Positions 38,234 to 48,911 of a stretch of 59,030 nucleotides of DNA are shown piece after piece. The notes beneath the pieces were generated by a model. The model was given only the letters and a program-made list of their open reading frames with translations. It was not told the origin of the DNA and did not search any database. A program made the position numbers and the translations under genes. The stretch comes from Candidatus Eiseniibacteriota bacterium (GTDB taxonomy: Bacteria > Eisenbacteria > RBG-16-71-46 > JABDJR01 > JAWXBZ01): NCBI GenBank assembly GCA_034440375.1, contig JAWXBZ010000148.1:1-59030 (forward strand), read 5' to 3'. Each line of letters opens with the position of its first letter. The stretch's first letter is position 1.

Positions 38234-38402
38234 CGAAATCCGGGGTCCCCCCTCCCGGCGGGCGGGATGATGTCCGGAACGCGCAGACAAGTTTACCGAC
38301 CGGGAGCCAGGGCTCGTTCAGCAGTCCCTGCAACACGATTGGATCAACTCCCGGTGCGAGTCCATCTCCGTCCCTGGTGTTGGTATCAATTCTCAATCCC
38401 GG

Positions 38403-38747
38403 TTAGCGCGAGCGGCACGACCACCGCAAACCCCACAGTCGCCAGGACGCCGACAATGGAACCCGTCGATCGCCATTGCCGCCAACATGGAGCAGACCGC
38501 CCAAGGCGGAGCGCCTGGTCAGATTTCGCATGTACCCCAGATCCTCGGTCACAAAGTAGAGCTGCTCCCGCTCGCCGACCGGGCCAGGATTGAGCAGGTA
38601 GTGAAACCCAAATTCGGTAATGAGAAAGGAGGAGCACTCGGGGAGCGGCTGACCGCGCCAGCGGAAGCGGGTCGCGCTCGCGGAGTCTGGCGCCTCTGCA
38701 ATAGACGCGGAGGGCACTGCCGTCAAGAGGACAACGCCGACCAGCAC
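38403..38747 (-). pseudogene. Probable truncated exported/outer-membrane protein fragment
   Basis: Signal-like start and strand-like FLITEFG...DLGYMRNL..RSALGG, then loses protein-like character. Confidence 0.35.
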
Positions 38748-39254
38748 ATTGAGAAATCGGCGGAGTATGCAATCCCCCTTTTTAGCGCTTCATGCGGAGT
38801 GGCATCACACTACCATCTCACGGCTCAAAAGAATCGTGATCGGATCAGCTCGGCGATCGGAGAATATTTCTACGAACTCACCCCGAAGTCCTCTGTCGAA
38901 TCGAAGATCACCGTGCAAGCCCCGGCGAGGCGGTGCATTGTCGGTCGTCTCGGGAAGTACGGCGCGCACAACCACACTCAGCGCGGTACCCCTCGTACGG
39001 ACTGCCCGATCATTCCACGCCAGTCGATGTTCTCGAACCCGCCGTGGGGCCGATCCACTCGCTGAGGGTCAGGAGCGCTTCAGGTGATTCGGCAATTCAT
39101 CCTGCTTCTCCCCTGGTACGGGCGATTGAATAAAATCAACGACTAACCGATCGGAAGAGACGTTCCGTTGGGTTTACACATGGCGACCATGGTGGCGATT
39201 CCAGGAAAAGGCGCATTTGGGCTCCGCAAACAGAATCCGACGGATTCGGCTGGC

Positions 39255-39848
39255 CTATTTCATTTTCATCTGGCCCGCTTGGCACTCTTTGTGCATTTTC
39301 GACATGGCCTCGAGGTGCGCGTGGACACTGGCCGCCAGGGTGGAGACTTGCTTCACGTTCGGTGCGGCTGACTGAACTTCCAGCTCCAATGCTGAGAGCT
39401 GAGTGTTCAGTTCCACCTGATGCGTCTCCATTTTCGGCATCATCTCCTTCATCCTGGCATGCATGTCGGCGTTCATCTTGCCATGCATATCGGTGGTCAT
39501 CATCTTCATGTGGTTTTGATGATGCTGTTTCATCTGGACGAAACTCCGTCGCATTTCGGCCACGGCAGCACGGGCGAATTCCACGTTGACGGAACCGGCT
39601 GGCACCGATTGTTCGTGCAGGGCCATGGCGAAGGTGGCCAGATTCTGGTGATAGGCCATTGCCAAAACATGATGCGGCTCATTGGTCATCATCGTGTGAT
39701 CATGCGACATCTCTTTCTGGGCGTGCGTTTGTGGGTGCGCCGGGGTTTTCGTTGTCGAATGATCATGCGATTGCGCGGTTGCCGCCACAGCGCTGAAAGT
39801 CCCCAGCGAGAGTGTTATCAAGACCGTTGGAAGTACTTTTGCCATCAT
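39255..39848 (-). CDS. Exported His/Met-rich helical protein, putative metal binding
   Basis: Signal peptide, HDH/HH clusters, MKQHHQNHMKMMTTDMHGKMNADMH, AAGGAG RBS. Confidence 0.7.
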   Translation of the reverse strand: MMAKVLPTVLITLSLGTFSAVAATAQSHDHSTTKTPAHPQTHAQKEMSHDHTMMTNEPHHVLAMAYHQNLATFAMALHEQSVPAGSVNVEFARAAVAEMRRSFVQMKQHHQNHMKMMTTDMHGKMNADMHARMKEMMPKMETHQVELNTQLSALELEVQSAAPNVKQVSTLAASVHAHLEAMSKMHKECQAGQMKMK

Positions 39849-39940
39849 CTTGCTACTCCTTGCAACTGTTTGAGAATTGGCTCAACTGAACCTCTATTCC
39901 GGCGAAACACGGTCGTCTTGTTGCAACTACTCTTCTGCGT

Positions 39941-39956
39941 AGCAACAACGATGCCG
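39941..39956 (-). promoter_or_regulatory. sigma54 -24/-12 promoter
   Basis: CGGCATCGTTGTTGCT next to an AT-rich tract. Confidence 0.7.
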
Positions 39957-40193
39957 AGTTTGTAAGTTTTTATAACTATCTGTGTTTAAAGGACTTGGTC
40001 AGGCGGGCCCGACTTGGTCAAGTGCTGACTCCATCATCAATGGAGTGCCCTGATCTCAGGACCGGTCAAAATGACCATGGCTCGGGAGGGACATGCAGTC
40101 AAAATGGGGCGATGGCTGACATCGATCAAGTTCGCGCTGGCGACAACCCGAAATCAGGGCGGATCGGTCACGTACGAGGACCGTTGCGAGGAC

Positions 40194-41339
40194 TCAACCC
40201 TTGCCAAGGACAGCGCTGACCGCGCGAGCCACAACAAGATCCTCCCGCGACTCGATGCGGAGGATCGCCGGAGTTTGGACATCGGGTGCCCCCGGGCCGT
40301 GGGCGGGCGCCAGCAGGCGATCCTGTCCGTTCTCGTCGGGTGAAATCGATTGAATACCGAGGACCAGAAGCCGATCGACGATCGCTGCCCGGATTCGGCC
40401 GGCGTGCTCGCCGATCCCGCCCGTAAACACCAGCGCATCCAGCCGGTTGAGCGCGACAGCCACCCCCGCGATTCCGGACGCGGCGCGATCGACAAACATC
40501 GTGAGGGCGAGCCGGGCCCGCTCGTCGCCCGCGTCCGCCAGGGCTTCCAGCTCCCGGATATCCGCGCTTCTTCCGGAAACGCCCAGGAGCCCGGAGCGGT
40601 GATCGAGGGCATCCGCCAGCTCGTCCAGCCCCATCGATCTGTGCCGGAGAAGGTAAAGGAGGATCCCGGGGTCGATGGAGCCCGCGCGGGTCCCCATCAT
40701 CAGGCCTTCGAGTGGCGTGAATCCCATTGAGGTCGCGACCGAGACGCCGCCGGATACCGCGGTGACCGAACAGCCGCTCCCGAGATGGGCGACGACGGCT
40801 TCGACTTCACCCGCGTTTCGCCCGAGGAGCTGCCCCATTTGCTCCATCGCCCACGCGACAGAGAGACCGTGAAATCCGAATCGCCGGATTCCGAGCTCGG
40901 TATGCCAGGCCTCCGGGACCGGATAGCGGGCGACGGTCTCCGGCAGGCTGGCATGAAAGGCGGTGTCGAAGCAGGCGATGTGCGGAATCGTGGGGAGCGC
41001 GGTGCGGACGACACGAACCGCCTCGACGGCCACCGCGTTGTGAAGCGGCGCCAGCTCGGTGAGCGCATCGAGCTTTGCAACGACTCCATCGTCCACAACC
41101 ACGGGCCTTGTGAAAGTAGCACCGCCATGGACCACGCGGTGGCCGACGGCCCCGATCGAGCTGGCATCGATCCCGGCGCTGGAAAGGGCCCCGAGAACAG
41201 CTCGCACGCCGGCCGGCCGATCCAGTGCCTGCGTGGCATCTCCGCCCCACGAAACAGTCGTCCGAAGAAGCGTCTCGTCATCCTCGACAACGCTCGCCTT
41301 GAGCGAACTCGAGCCGGCGTTCAGGACAAGGACGCGCAC
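40194..41339 (-). CDS. ackA: Acetate kinase
   Basis: VLNAGSSSLK, GHRVVHGG, FDTAFH, GFHGLS, TSMGFTPLEG and FTGGIGE. Confidence 0.95.
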   Translation of the reverse strand: MRVLVLNAGSSSLKASVVEDDETLLRTTVSWGGDATQALDRPAGVRAVLGALSSAGIDASSIGAVGHRVVHGGATFTRPVVVDDGVVAKLDALTELAPLHNAVAVEAVRVVRTALPTIPHIACFDTAFHASLPETVARYPVPEAWHTELGIRRFGFHGLSVAWAMEQMGQLLGRNAGEVEAVVAHLGSGCSVTAVSGGVSVATSMGFTPLEGLMMGTRAGSIDPGILLYLLRHRSMGLDELADALDHRSGLLGVSGRSADIRELEALADAGDERARLALTMFVDRAASGIAGVAVALNRLDALVFTGGIGEHAGRIRAAIVDRLLVLGIQSISPDENGQDRLLAPAHGPGAPDVQTPAILRIESREDLVVARAVSAVLGKG

Positions 41340-41358
41340 CGTCAGGGGTCCTGGCCGG

Positions 41359-43728
41359 TCAGGAGGACCATGTCCATTGGCTCACGTCCGGTGGATCTTC
41401 GCCATGCTCAAAGGCATAAGCCCGGGCCATGACCCGCCGGTCGACCATTTCCTGACGCAGTGCGGCGGCCCGCGATCCCAGGCTCGGGACACGGTCGATG
41501 ACGTCCATCACGAGGTGGTATCGGTCGAGGTCGTTCCGCATGACCATGTCGAACGGCGTCGTGACCGTACCTTCTTCCTTGTACCCGCGGACGTGCAGAT
41601 TTCCATGGTTCGTCCGTCGGTACGTGAGTCGATGGATGAGCCACGGATAGCCATGGTAGACGAACAGGATGGGGCGGTCTGTCGTAAAGAGCCCGTCGAA
41701 CTCACGGTCGGACAATCCGTGCGGATGTTCCGAGTCCGGTTGGAGACGCATGAGGTCGACGACGTTGATGAACCGGATCTTCAAATCCGGCAAATTCTGG
41801 CGGAGCAGATCGGCGGCCGCGAGTGCCTCGAGCGTGGGGACGTCGCCGCAACAGGCCATCACGATATCCGGATCGTCATCGTCGTGGCCCGCCCAGTCCC
41901 AGATGCCTATTCCGCGCGTGCAGTGAAGGATGGCGTCGTCCATGGACAGATAATTCAGGGTGGGTTGCTTGCCGATCACGATCACGTTGACGTTGTGGCG
42001 GCTGCGGAGGCATTGATCGGCCACCGAGAGAAGGGTATTCGCGTCGGGCGGCAGATAGACCCGGATGATTTCGGCTTTCTTGTTCACGACGTGATCGATG
42101 AATCCCGGGTCCTGGTGGGAAAAACCGTTATGGTCCTGCCGCCAGACGTGGCTGGTCAGGAGATAGTTCAGTGACGCGATGGGCCGCCGCCAGGGGATCT
42201 CCGCGGTCATCTTCAACCATTTGGCATGCTGGTTGAACATCGAATCGATGATGTGGATGAACGCCTCGTAGCAGTTGAACAGGCCGTGTCGCCCCGTCAG
42301 CAGATATCCCTCGAGCCAGCCCTGGCAATTGTGCTCGGAGAGGACCTCGACCACGCGGCCGACCGGGCCCAGGTGATCGTCGGTCGGGAGGATCTCGGCG
42401 GTCCAGACCCGGTTGGTTGCCTCGAAGACCGCGGAGAGGCGATTCGAGGCCGTTTCGTCGGGACCGAAGATCCGGAACGTCGACGGGTTCTGACGGATGA
42501 CGTCGCGGAGAAACGTTCCGAGCACCTTCGTCGCTTCCGCCGTGGTTGCCATGGGAGCCGGAACGTCGACGGCGTAGTCGCGGAAGTCCGGCAGTGACAG
42601 ATCGGACAGGAGCTGCCCCCCATTTGCGACCGGATTGGCGCTCATCCGGTGCTCGCCGATCGGCGAAAGTTCGGCCAGCTCCGGGCGGAGCACGCCATGC
42701 TCGTCGAACAGCTCCTCGGGCCGGTAGCTCCGGAGCCACTGCTCGAGAAGAACCAGGTGTTCCGGGTTGCCGTGCGGATCCGTGATCGGTACCTGGTGGG
42801 AGCGGAAGCTCCCCTCGGTAGGAAGGCCGTCGACCTCCCTGGGGCCGGTCCAACCTTTCGGCGTCCGGAGAATGATCATCGGCCAGCTGGGACGAGTCAG
42901 GTCGCCCTGGCGGGCGGCCTGTTGGATCGCCGCGATCCGGTCGCAAGCCTCGTCGAGGGCGGCCGCCATGCGCTGATGAACGACGGGTGGATCCGCGCCC
43001 TCGACCATCAAGGGTACGTAGCCATAGCCGTGGAAGAGCGCTTTCAGCTCGTCGTCAGGGATACGAGCCAGGATGGTGGGGTTCGCGATCTTGTAACCAT
43101 TGAGGTGCAGGATCGGCACGACCGCCCCGTCCGGGCCGGGACTCAGAAACTTGTTCGAGTGCCAGGACGCCGCCAGGGGGCCGGTTTCCGCCTCGCCGTC
43201 CCCCACGACGCAGAAGACGACGAGGTTCGGGTTATCGAACGCGGCCCCGAAGGCGTGGCTCAGGGCATAGCCGAGTTCCCCACCCTCATGGATGCTCCCC
43301 GGGATCTCGGGAGTGACATGGCTTCCGATGCCGCCCGGAAACGAGAACTGCCGGAACATCATCTTGATCCCGACCTCGTCGCGGGTGAGGTTCGGGTGGA
43401 TCTCCGTGTACGTCCCCTCGAGGTAGGCATTCGCGACGGCCGCCGGTCCACCGTGTCCCGGTCCGACGATCCAGATCGCGTCGAGATCCCGGGCCTTGAT
43501 GATGCGATTGAGGTGGGCATGAATGAAGTTCAGGCCCGGGGTCGTTCCCCAGTGTCCGACGAGGCGCGGCTTCAGGTGCTCGGGCCGGAGCGGCTCCCGT
43601 AGAAGCGGGTTGTCAAGCAGGTAGATTTGACCAACCGAGAGGTAATTCGCGGCCCGCCAGTAGGCGTTGATCCGATCAAGTTCCACATCGGACAGGGGAT
43701 CAGCCAAACGACTCCCGCCATCTCCCAT
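41359..43728 (-). CDS. xfp: Phosphoketolase
   Basis: [30 protein letters not shown] and [11 protein letters not shown]. Confidence 0.96.
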   Translation of the reverse strand: MGDGGSRLADPLSDVELDRINAYWRAANYLSVGQIYLLDNPLLREPLRPEHLKPRLVGHWGTTPGLNFIHAHLNRIIKARDLDAIWIVGPGHGGPAAVANAYLEGTYTEIHPNLTRDEVGIKMMFRQFSFPGGIGSHVTPEIPGSIHEGGELGYALSHAFGAAFDNPNLVVFCVVGDGEAETGPLAASWHSNKFLSPGPDGAVVPILHLNGYKIANPTILARIPDDELKALFHGYGYVPLMVEGADPPVVHQRMAAALDEACDRIAAIQQAARQGDLTRPSWPMIILRTPKGWTGPREVDGLPTEGSFRSHQVPITDPHGNPEHLVLLEQWLRSYRPEELFDEHGVLRPELAELSPIGEHRMSANPVANGGQLLSDLSLPDFRDYAVDVPAPMATTAEATKVLGTFLRDVIRQNPSTFRIFGPDETASNRLSAVFEATNRVWTAEILPTDDHLGPVGRVVEVLSEHNCQGWLEGYLLTGRHGLFNCYEAFIHIIDSMFNQHAKWLKMTAEIPWRRPIASLNYLLTSHVWRQDHNGFSHQDPGFIDHVVNKKAEIIRVYLPPDANTLLSVADQCLRSRHNVNVIVIGKQPTLNYLSMDDAILHCTRGIGIWDWAGHDDDDPDIVMACCGDVPTLEALAAADLLRQNLPDLKIRFINVVDLMRLQPDSEHPHGLSDREFDGLFTTDRPILFVYHGYPWLIHRLTYRRTNHGNLHVRGYKEEGTVTTPFDMVMRNDLDRYHLVMDVIDRVPSLGSRAAALRQEMVDRRVMARAYAFEHGEDPPDVSQWTWSS

Positions 43729-45041
43729 CAGGACTGCGGATCCGCCAAAAGACGGGGCAGGCGCATGACAAATGACGTCGTGCCGTTGGCGGAGTACGCG
43801 TCGAGTTCACCGCCGTGGGAGAGCACGATCTGTTTCGAGATGTACAGGCCGAGGCCGAGATTCCCTCCGACCGGCTTCTCGCCCTGCTCCCCGCGGCGAA
43901 ATGGCTCGAAGAGAAACGGGAGCAGGTCCGCAGGAATGGAAGCTCCCTTGTTCCTGATTTCAACCACAACCTCCGCTCCGTCGGCGTGTGCCTTGATGAT
44001 CACGACCGTTCCCGGCGTCGCGTACTCGATGGCGTTCCCCGCGAGGTTGGAGAACACCTGCTCCAGGCGATCCCGATCCCAGGTGCCCGTCATGTCGCCT
44101 TCAAACTCCGATTTGATGGTCGTCCCGAATTCCTCGACAACGTTCCGGCAGATCTCGCGCAGGTCAGCGGGCTTCGTTTCAATCGGCAGCCCGCCGCCAA
44201 GACGGGCCCGCGTGAGATCCAGCAACTGAGCGATCATTCGGGTCATTCGTTGGCTGCTGCGGATGATACGAGCGGCCGTTTCGGCGTCCTGCTCGTCGAT
44301 GCGGCCGCGCCGAAGCAACAAGGTGGCGGACATGACGATCGATCCGAGCGGGTTACGCAGGTCGTGCCCGAGGATGCCGATGAACAACTCCCGGAACTCT
44401 GCTACTGCACGTAGCTCGCGCTCGCTCTCCTCCGAGCGCCGCCTGGCCGCGTCAGCCTCATCCGCCAGCTCCTGCATCTGCATCGCGGCCTTCAGGATCT
44501 GCTCGTTGGCTTCACGTTGATCGACGATCAGCGTATCGGTGTGAGCCCGTTCGCCAATCAAATCCTCGTTGGTGGCGTCGCGTTCGACCGACAGGGCGCT
44601 TTCCAGTTGGCGGCTCTGCTCCGCGCGCTCGTGCCGGAGCAGGGTATCCGCGTTGGATCGCTCGTTCTTGAGGAGGCCGTCCGCCCGGGTGCGCTCACGA
44701 GCGGGGCGGGCCTTGTCGGTCGTCGACTGCGGGCGCCGCTCGCGATCGGCGTCCTCCCGCGCGGTCTGTACGACCTTATCCGCACGCTGGCGGGCGACCC
44801 GCACGACGTCGTCCGCCTCCGCTTCGCCGGCCTTGCGCTTCCTCGCGATGACGACATCCGTCTTGTCCCGTTCGATCCGGAGGCTCCTGTCCGTCTGGTT
44901 GCGCCGCGGGTGGCCGGGTCGGCTCACACCGTCAGCCGCAGAACTTGCCAGGTTTGCGAGCACTTCGATCGGATCTCCGAGCACACCCAGGCATTGGATC
45001 GTCTCGTCATCCAGCTCGACCGTGATCCTTCGCTTTGCCAT
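43728..45041 (-). CDS. Cytoplasmic histidine kinase with a charged coiled-coil N-terminus
   Basis: [10 protein letters not shown]-box, NLAGNA, LFEPF and GLGLYI. No TM segment. Confidence 0.88.
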   Translation of the reverse strand: MAKRRITVELDDETIQCLGVLGDPIEVLANLASSAADGVSRPGHPRRNQTDRSLRIERDKTDVVIARKRKAGEAEADDVVRVARQRADKVVQTAREDADRERRPQSTTDKARPARERTRADGLLKNERSNADTLLRHERAEQSRQLESALSVERDATNEDLIGERAHTDTLIVDQREANEQILKAAMQMQELADEADAARRRSEESERELRAVAEFRELFIGILGHDLRNPLGSIVMSATLLLRRGRIDEQDAETAARIIRSSQRMTRMIAQLLDLTRARLGGGLPIETKPADLREICRNVVEEFGTTIKSEFEGDMTGTWDRDRLEQVFSNLAGNAIEYATPGTVVIIKAHADGAEVVVEIRNKGASIPADLLPFLFEPFRRGEQGEKPVGGNLGLGLYISKQIVLSHGGELDAYSANGTTSFVMRLPRLLADPQS

Positions 45042-45139
45042 GACTTGCCTCTTTGGTGCGCGCTTGTACTTCGGTTGGCGCGTCGTGCAATCTCCGCACA
45101 TCGCGAATTGGATCTCGCTTCCTTTCGGTGCGGATCAGT

Positions 45140-46663
45140 TCAGCTTTTTTCTGCGGTCAGACTGGCGCCTCCTGCTCCAGTTCCGTCATCATTTCCTTTA
45201 TCCCAGCCCCGCGGAGACCCCGTGAGAAGGCCCTCGTACCCTTTGAGCGCCTTGCCAACAGTAATCCCCCCCTCCGACGATATCTCGTACTCCCTCAGCT
45301 CTTTGCTGTGCTGGCTGGAGCGCACCTTGACGACCGACAGCGCTCGCTTGAGCATTCCATCGATCTCGATGTAGCGCTGAATGATGATGGCGTCTGTCAA
45401 AAATGCGATCCCCTGTCGGCTGAAGCGAAGATCGTTGTAGGAGTCCTCCAGCTCGAGCGTCGCCATCAGCGTGACACCGAGCCCTGTCAGCGCTCCCATC
45501 ATTCGGTACAGCGATTCGCGGAAGTCCTCTCTGAACGTGGGCGCGAGCGCCAATTCCAAACCGGACAGGGAATCAATCACCGCCCGTTTCGCGCCGAGGC
45601 GCCTCACGGCATTCTGAAGCTCCAGCAATGTCTCGTCGATCGAGAGATCCAGCGGGCGCAGGTAAAGCACTTCCAACTGTTTCTCGCGGACCAACTTCTC
45701 GAATTCCTCCCCGCGCGGCGTGGTCTGTAGATAGTCATTGGGCCGTTTCTCGAAGATGGCCACAATCCCTTTCTCGCCGCGCGCGACTCCCTCGCTGATG
45801 AACTGATTGGAGAGTACCGTTTTGCCGGAGCCGGAGGGACCGGTGATGAGCACCGAATACCCGCTCGGGATGCCGCCATCCATCATTTCGTCGAGACCCG
45901 GCACTCCGGTCGAGAGGCGATGTTTGAGCGGGTGATCAGCGATGAACTCCGCCGGTTTCAAAAGTCGCGGGAATACGCTGTAGCCCGCGTCGGTGATGCG
46001 GGCCGTGTGCAGTCCGGGGATCTGCCCCTGGCCACGCATCTTGATCACATGCAGCTTGCGCACGACGGAGTTGTGATCGATGGCCTGGTAGAGCCAGAGT
46101 AGCCCGTCGGCCACCGTGAAGACCGAGCTGTCGTGCTCGCCGTCGGCATACTCCCCGATGAGGAAGGTGGTGGCCTCGTAGCTCGTCAGAGCCAGCGCGA
46201 GGCTCTGAATGAAGTCCGTCAGCTTCAGGTCGCCGCCCGGCCCGGCCTCGAGCGTAGTTCGCACCAGGGCTCGAAAGGAGTCCACGACGACGATTCCTGG
46301 ATTTGATTTTTCGATCTCCTGCACGATGGATTCCAGCACCTTCGTGACCCCCCCGTCCAGCGCCTCCTGGCCGAGGTGGATAAAACGAACCGTACCGTCG
46401 CCCACTTTGGTAGCGTCGAAGAAATCGTACTGCTGCTGATAGCGAAGCATCTTGATGGGAGGTTCGCCGATAACGCTGAAGTACAGGGCCTTCCGCTGGG
46501 GGGTGGCGTTCGCGAACATGATCTGATGCGCCAGCGTCGTCTTGCCGCCTCCCGGGCCGCCGGCAATCAGGTTGAAGGAGAATTCCGGAATTCCGCCGCC
46601 CAAAACCTCGTCGAGGCCCGGCACCCCGGAGGCCAACTTCCGAATCGGTACGCGCTCGCTCAT
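45140..46663 (-). CDS. KaiC-like double-domain ATPase
   Basis: Two RecA-like domains with GPGGGKT and GPSGSGKT, VVDS/VIDS, KMRG and KVRS. Confidence 0.9.
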   Translation of the reverse strand: MSERVPIRKLASGVPGLDEVLGGGIPEFSFNLIAGGPGGGKTTLAHQIMFANATPQRKALYFSVIGEPPIKMLRYQQQYDFFDATKVGDGTVRFIHLGQEALDGGVTKVLESIVQEIEKSNPGIVVVDSFRALVRTTLEAGPGGDLKLTDFIQSLALALTSYEATTFLIGEYADGEHDSSVFTVADGLLWLYQAIDHNSVVRKLHVIKMRGQGQIPGLHTARITDAGYSVFPRLLKPAEFIADHPLKHRLSTGVPGLDEMMDGGIPSGYSVLITGPSGSGKTVLSNQFISEGVARGEKGIVAIFEKRPNDYLQTTPRGEEFEKLVREKQLEVLYLRPLDLSIDETLLELQNAVRRLGAKRAVIDSLSGLELALAPTFREDFRESLYRMMGALTGLGVTLMATLELEDSYNDLRFSRQGIAFLTDAIIIQRYIEIDGMLKRALSVVKVRSSQHSKELREYEISSEGGITVGKALKGYEGLLTGSPRGWDKGNDDGTGAGGASLTAEKS

Positions 46664-47070
46664 TATTTCGTCTCCTTGGGTGCCGTTTCTTCGATTGTCG
46701 GCCAGGCTCGGCGCAGCACCTGGGTCGTCAGGCGCTCTCCGATGAAGGTGGTGATCAGCGCGAAAAAGGTTCCAAACAGCGCCGCGGCCGACTCCGTGGA
46801 AATGGCAGGATCCTGCGTCTCCAACTGCTCACGCAGCTTCGGCGAGCCTTCGAGAATGGAAATCTCGTCGAGCCAGGTGAACTCGCCCCGTGTCAGCTTC
46901 GCGCTGCGAACGAACAGCAACTGGACGCCGGCGGTGCCCACGAGGGGAGACATGTGGGCCTGGAGCTTGTCGAATACCAGGCCCGCAGCCGGTGAAGCCG
47001 GCTCCGCCGCGCCCTCGAGGGCCAGCAAACGCCTGGCCAGTTCCAACTGCGCCGTGCTCGGTTGGTTCAA
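46663..47070 (-). CDS. Small helical protein upstream of the KaiC-like gene
   Basis: L...VG.AG..LL..RS..L.....WL...L.TFIGE.LT.QVL..AWP. 1-bp overlap with the kaiC-like gene. Confidence 0.7.
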   Translation of the reverse strand: MNQPSTAQLELARRLLALEGAAEPASPAAGLVFDKLQAHMSPLVGTAGVQLLFVRSAKLTRGEFTWLDEISILEGSPKLREQLETQDPAISTESAAALFGTFFALITTFIGERLTTQVLRRAWPTIEETAPKETK

Positions 47071-47389
47071 GGATCAACCTCGATCATGGGTAGGAGCCCG
47101 GAATTGGAAACGTCAAACCTCCCCTTCATGCTACCAGCGTCCTGCCGCAATGCGTTGCCAATGATCAAGTTCGCCTGGTTCATCTGCCCCATCCACCGGG
47201 TGCCGGAGGACGAGCACCCGAAATTCAACTTTGGGTGGCTGAGCCAGTATATACACAGGTGGATCCAGTACAAAAGTCAGCACTGCCATCGCACACCTTT
47301 TCTCGCCCGAACAGCGTATAACATATTACACGATAAGATCTTACAGTCAATACCACGGGGTCGGGAACGAACGGGACCCGACGCTCTCC

Positions 47390-47608
47390 TTGACGGCCAT
47401 CCGTCCTTCTCCCGGCACTCCGAACCCGTTCAACCCGCGAACGACGATCCGCTACTCCCTCGCGCGGCCCGGTCTGGTTCAACTCGTCATCTTCGACGTG
47501 CTGGGACAGCGTGTCACCACGCTGTTGCAAGAGCAGCAAACGGCGGGCGACCATGCCATCGCCTGGGAAGCACGCTCGGACCTTGTTGGACTGATGGAGG
47601 GTGCATGA
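47390..47608 (+). pseudogene. Orphan FlgD-Ig/C-terminal sorting-like domain fragment
   Basis: [14 protein letters not shown]...[12 protein letters not shown]...GDHAIAW with no N-terminal passenger or signal peptide. Confidence 0.6.
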
Positions 47609-48012
47609 CTCACGATGTCGTGGCGCACTATCTGGACGGAACCCTGATCAAGGGAGCATGCCTCAGCGTCGATCCGAAGCGGCCGATGTGCCACGTTCAG
47701 ACGCGCGAGCTGCAGGTCGTCCAGGTGAATTTCGTCGACCTCAAGGCCCTCTTTTTCGTTCGCAGCTTCGAGGGCGATCCCGGTCGCCACGATGTGAATT
47801 CACTCGACCCCGACGATCCCCGCCGCACCGGCGGCCGCGTCGTCGAACTGCAATTCAAGGACGGCGAACTCCTCGTGGGGATTACCCCACGCTTCCCGCC
47901 AACGAAACCCCATTTTTTCGTGCTACCAGCCGATCGCAACAGCAACAACGACCGGATGCTGGTAAATCGTGCCGCGTGCACATCAGTCACCGCGGTGGCC
48001 GACCGGCCGTAG
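47605..48012 (+). CDS. Conserved hypothetical protein (DUF6982-like)
   Basis: [11 protein letters not shown]...[13 protein letters not shown]...FKDGE...FFVLPAD..SNN, GGAGG RBS. Confidence 0.7.
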   Translation: MTHDVVAHYLDGTLIKGACLSVDPKRPMCHVQTRELQVVQVNFVDLKALFFVRSFEGDPGRHDVNSLDPDDPRRTGGRVVELQFKDGELLVGITPRFPPTKPHFFVLPADRNSNNDRMLVNRAACTSVTAVADRP

Positions 48013-48070
48013 CCGGCACGCGAGGGGCACTATCGTTGAAAACGGCTCTTCGTCGGTACTCACCCCCGCC

Positions 48071-48907
48071 CTAAAGCCCCCGCCGCCGAAACAGCCACAA
48101 CCCCAGAACCAGTGTGACGGCCACGTAGCCGACGGTCCAGATCACCATGGCTCCGCTCGGCACCGACCCAGAAAAGAATGGGGTCATCTGCAGATCCCGT
48201 GAGAAGGAAGGCTGCAGGTGCCAGGCAGCCAGCCGCCACATCGAGTCGCTCGGCATGAGCAGGCTGACGATCGTCCCGATCTGACGGGTGACGGCGTTGC
48301 CGGTCATGGCACCGACCTGTTCGATCCACCCGCCAACGAACGCCAGGCCGTAGAGGCCAAAGACGACAACGCCGTTCGTGATGGTGCTGAAGCGTGCGCC
48401 ACCCGCCACCGAGAGCGACAGCAGCACGAGGCCACCGAGGTAGATGAACGCCAGCCCCTCCACGACGTTCGGCGGTGTCACACCGCTCAAGCTCCGCGCC
48501 ACGGCCAGCACCCCGCCGCTCAACAACAGCAGATAGCCCGCGAGAACCAGCGCGTGGGCGAGCCATTTGCCCAGCACGATCGCCGACCGATGGATCGGCT
48601 TGGCCGCCACGGTCTGCATCACGCCGGAGCCGATTTCGCCGGAGAGCGTGTCGACCGACATCAGGACAGCGGTCATGATTGACATGAAGTTGATCGCGTA
48701 GAGTCCGGCCATGATGAAGAAATTGAGGAGCATCTGCTTTTGGACGAATGAAGCCGAGGCGTTGCCCCGCACGTCCTTGCCAATGAAGTAGAAGCCGATG
48801 GCGAACAGGACGACAAAAGTGACGCCGCAGAGGAGCATCGCCAGGAGGATCCGCCGCTGCCGTGCCTCGTAGAGCGTGAGGCGCGCGATGGTGAGGATTC
48901 CGTTCAT
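48071..48907 (-). CDS. ABC-2 type exporter permease
   Basis: IARLT..EA, EI.SG.MQT...KPI.R..IVLGKW, about 6 TM segments. Confidence 0.85.
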   Translation of the reverse strand: MNGILTIARLTLYEARQRRILLAMLLCGVTFVVLFAIGFYFIGKDVRGNASASFVQKQMLLNFFIMAGLYAINFMSIMTAVLMSVDTLSGEIGSGVMQTVAAKPIHRSAIVLGKWLAHALVLAGYLLLLSGGVLAVARSLSGVTPPNVVEGLAFIYLGGLVLLSLSVAGGARFSTITNGVVVFGLYGLAFVGGWIEQVGAMTGNAVTRQIGTIVSLLMPSDSMWRLAAWHLQPSFSRDLQMTPFFSGSVPSGAMVIWTVGYVAVTLVLGLWLFRRRGL

Positions 48908-48911
48908 GCCG

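Noticed and set aside
38780-39240. Gene-poor stretch as a possible ncRNA or small gene
   Set aside because: I could not see a supported structure, known motif or convincing ORF.
45140-46663. Circadian clock kaiC call
   Set aside because: No kaiA or kaiB in the window and the ST phospho-sites are absent, so it is only KaiC-like.
47146-47160. sigma54-like TGGCAACGCATTGCG upstream of the KaiC-like operon
   Set aside because: Spacing is GG-N9-GC, and sigma54 needs N10.
47062-47604. N-terminal part of the 316-aa ORF
   Set aside because: No recognisable protein features. A strong RBS and ATG at 47605 mark the real start.
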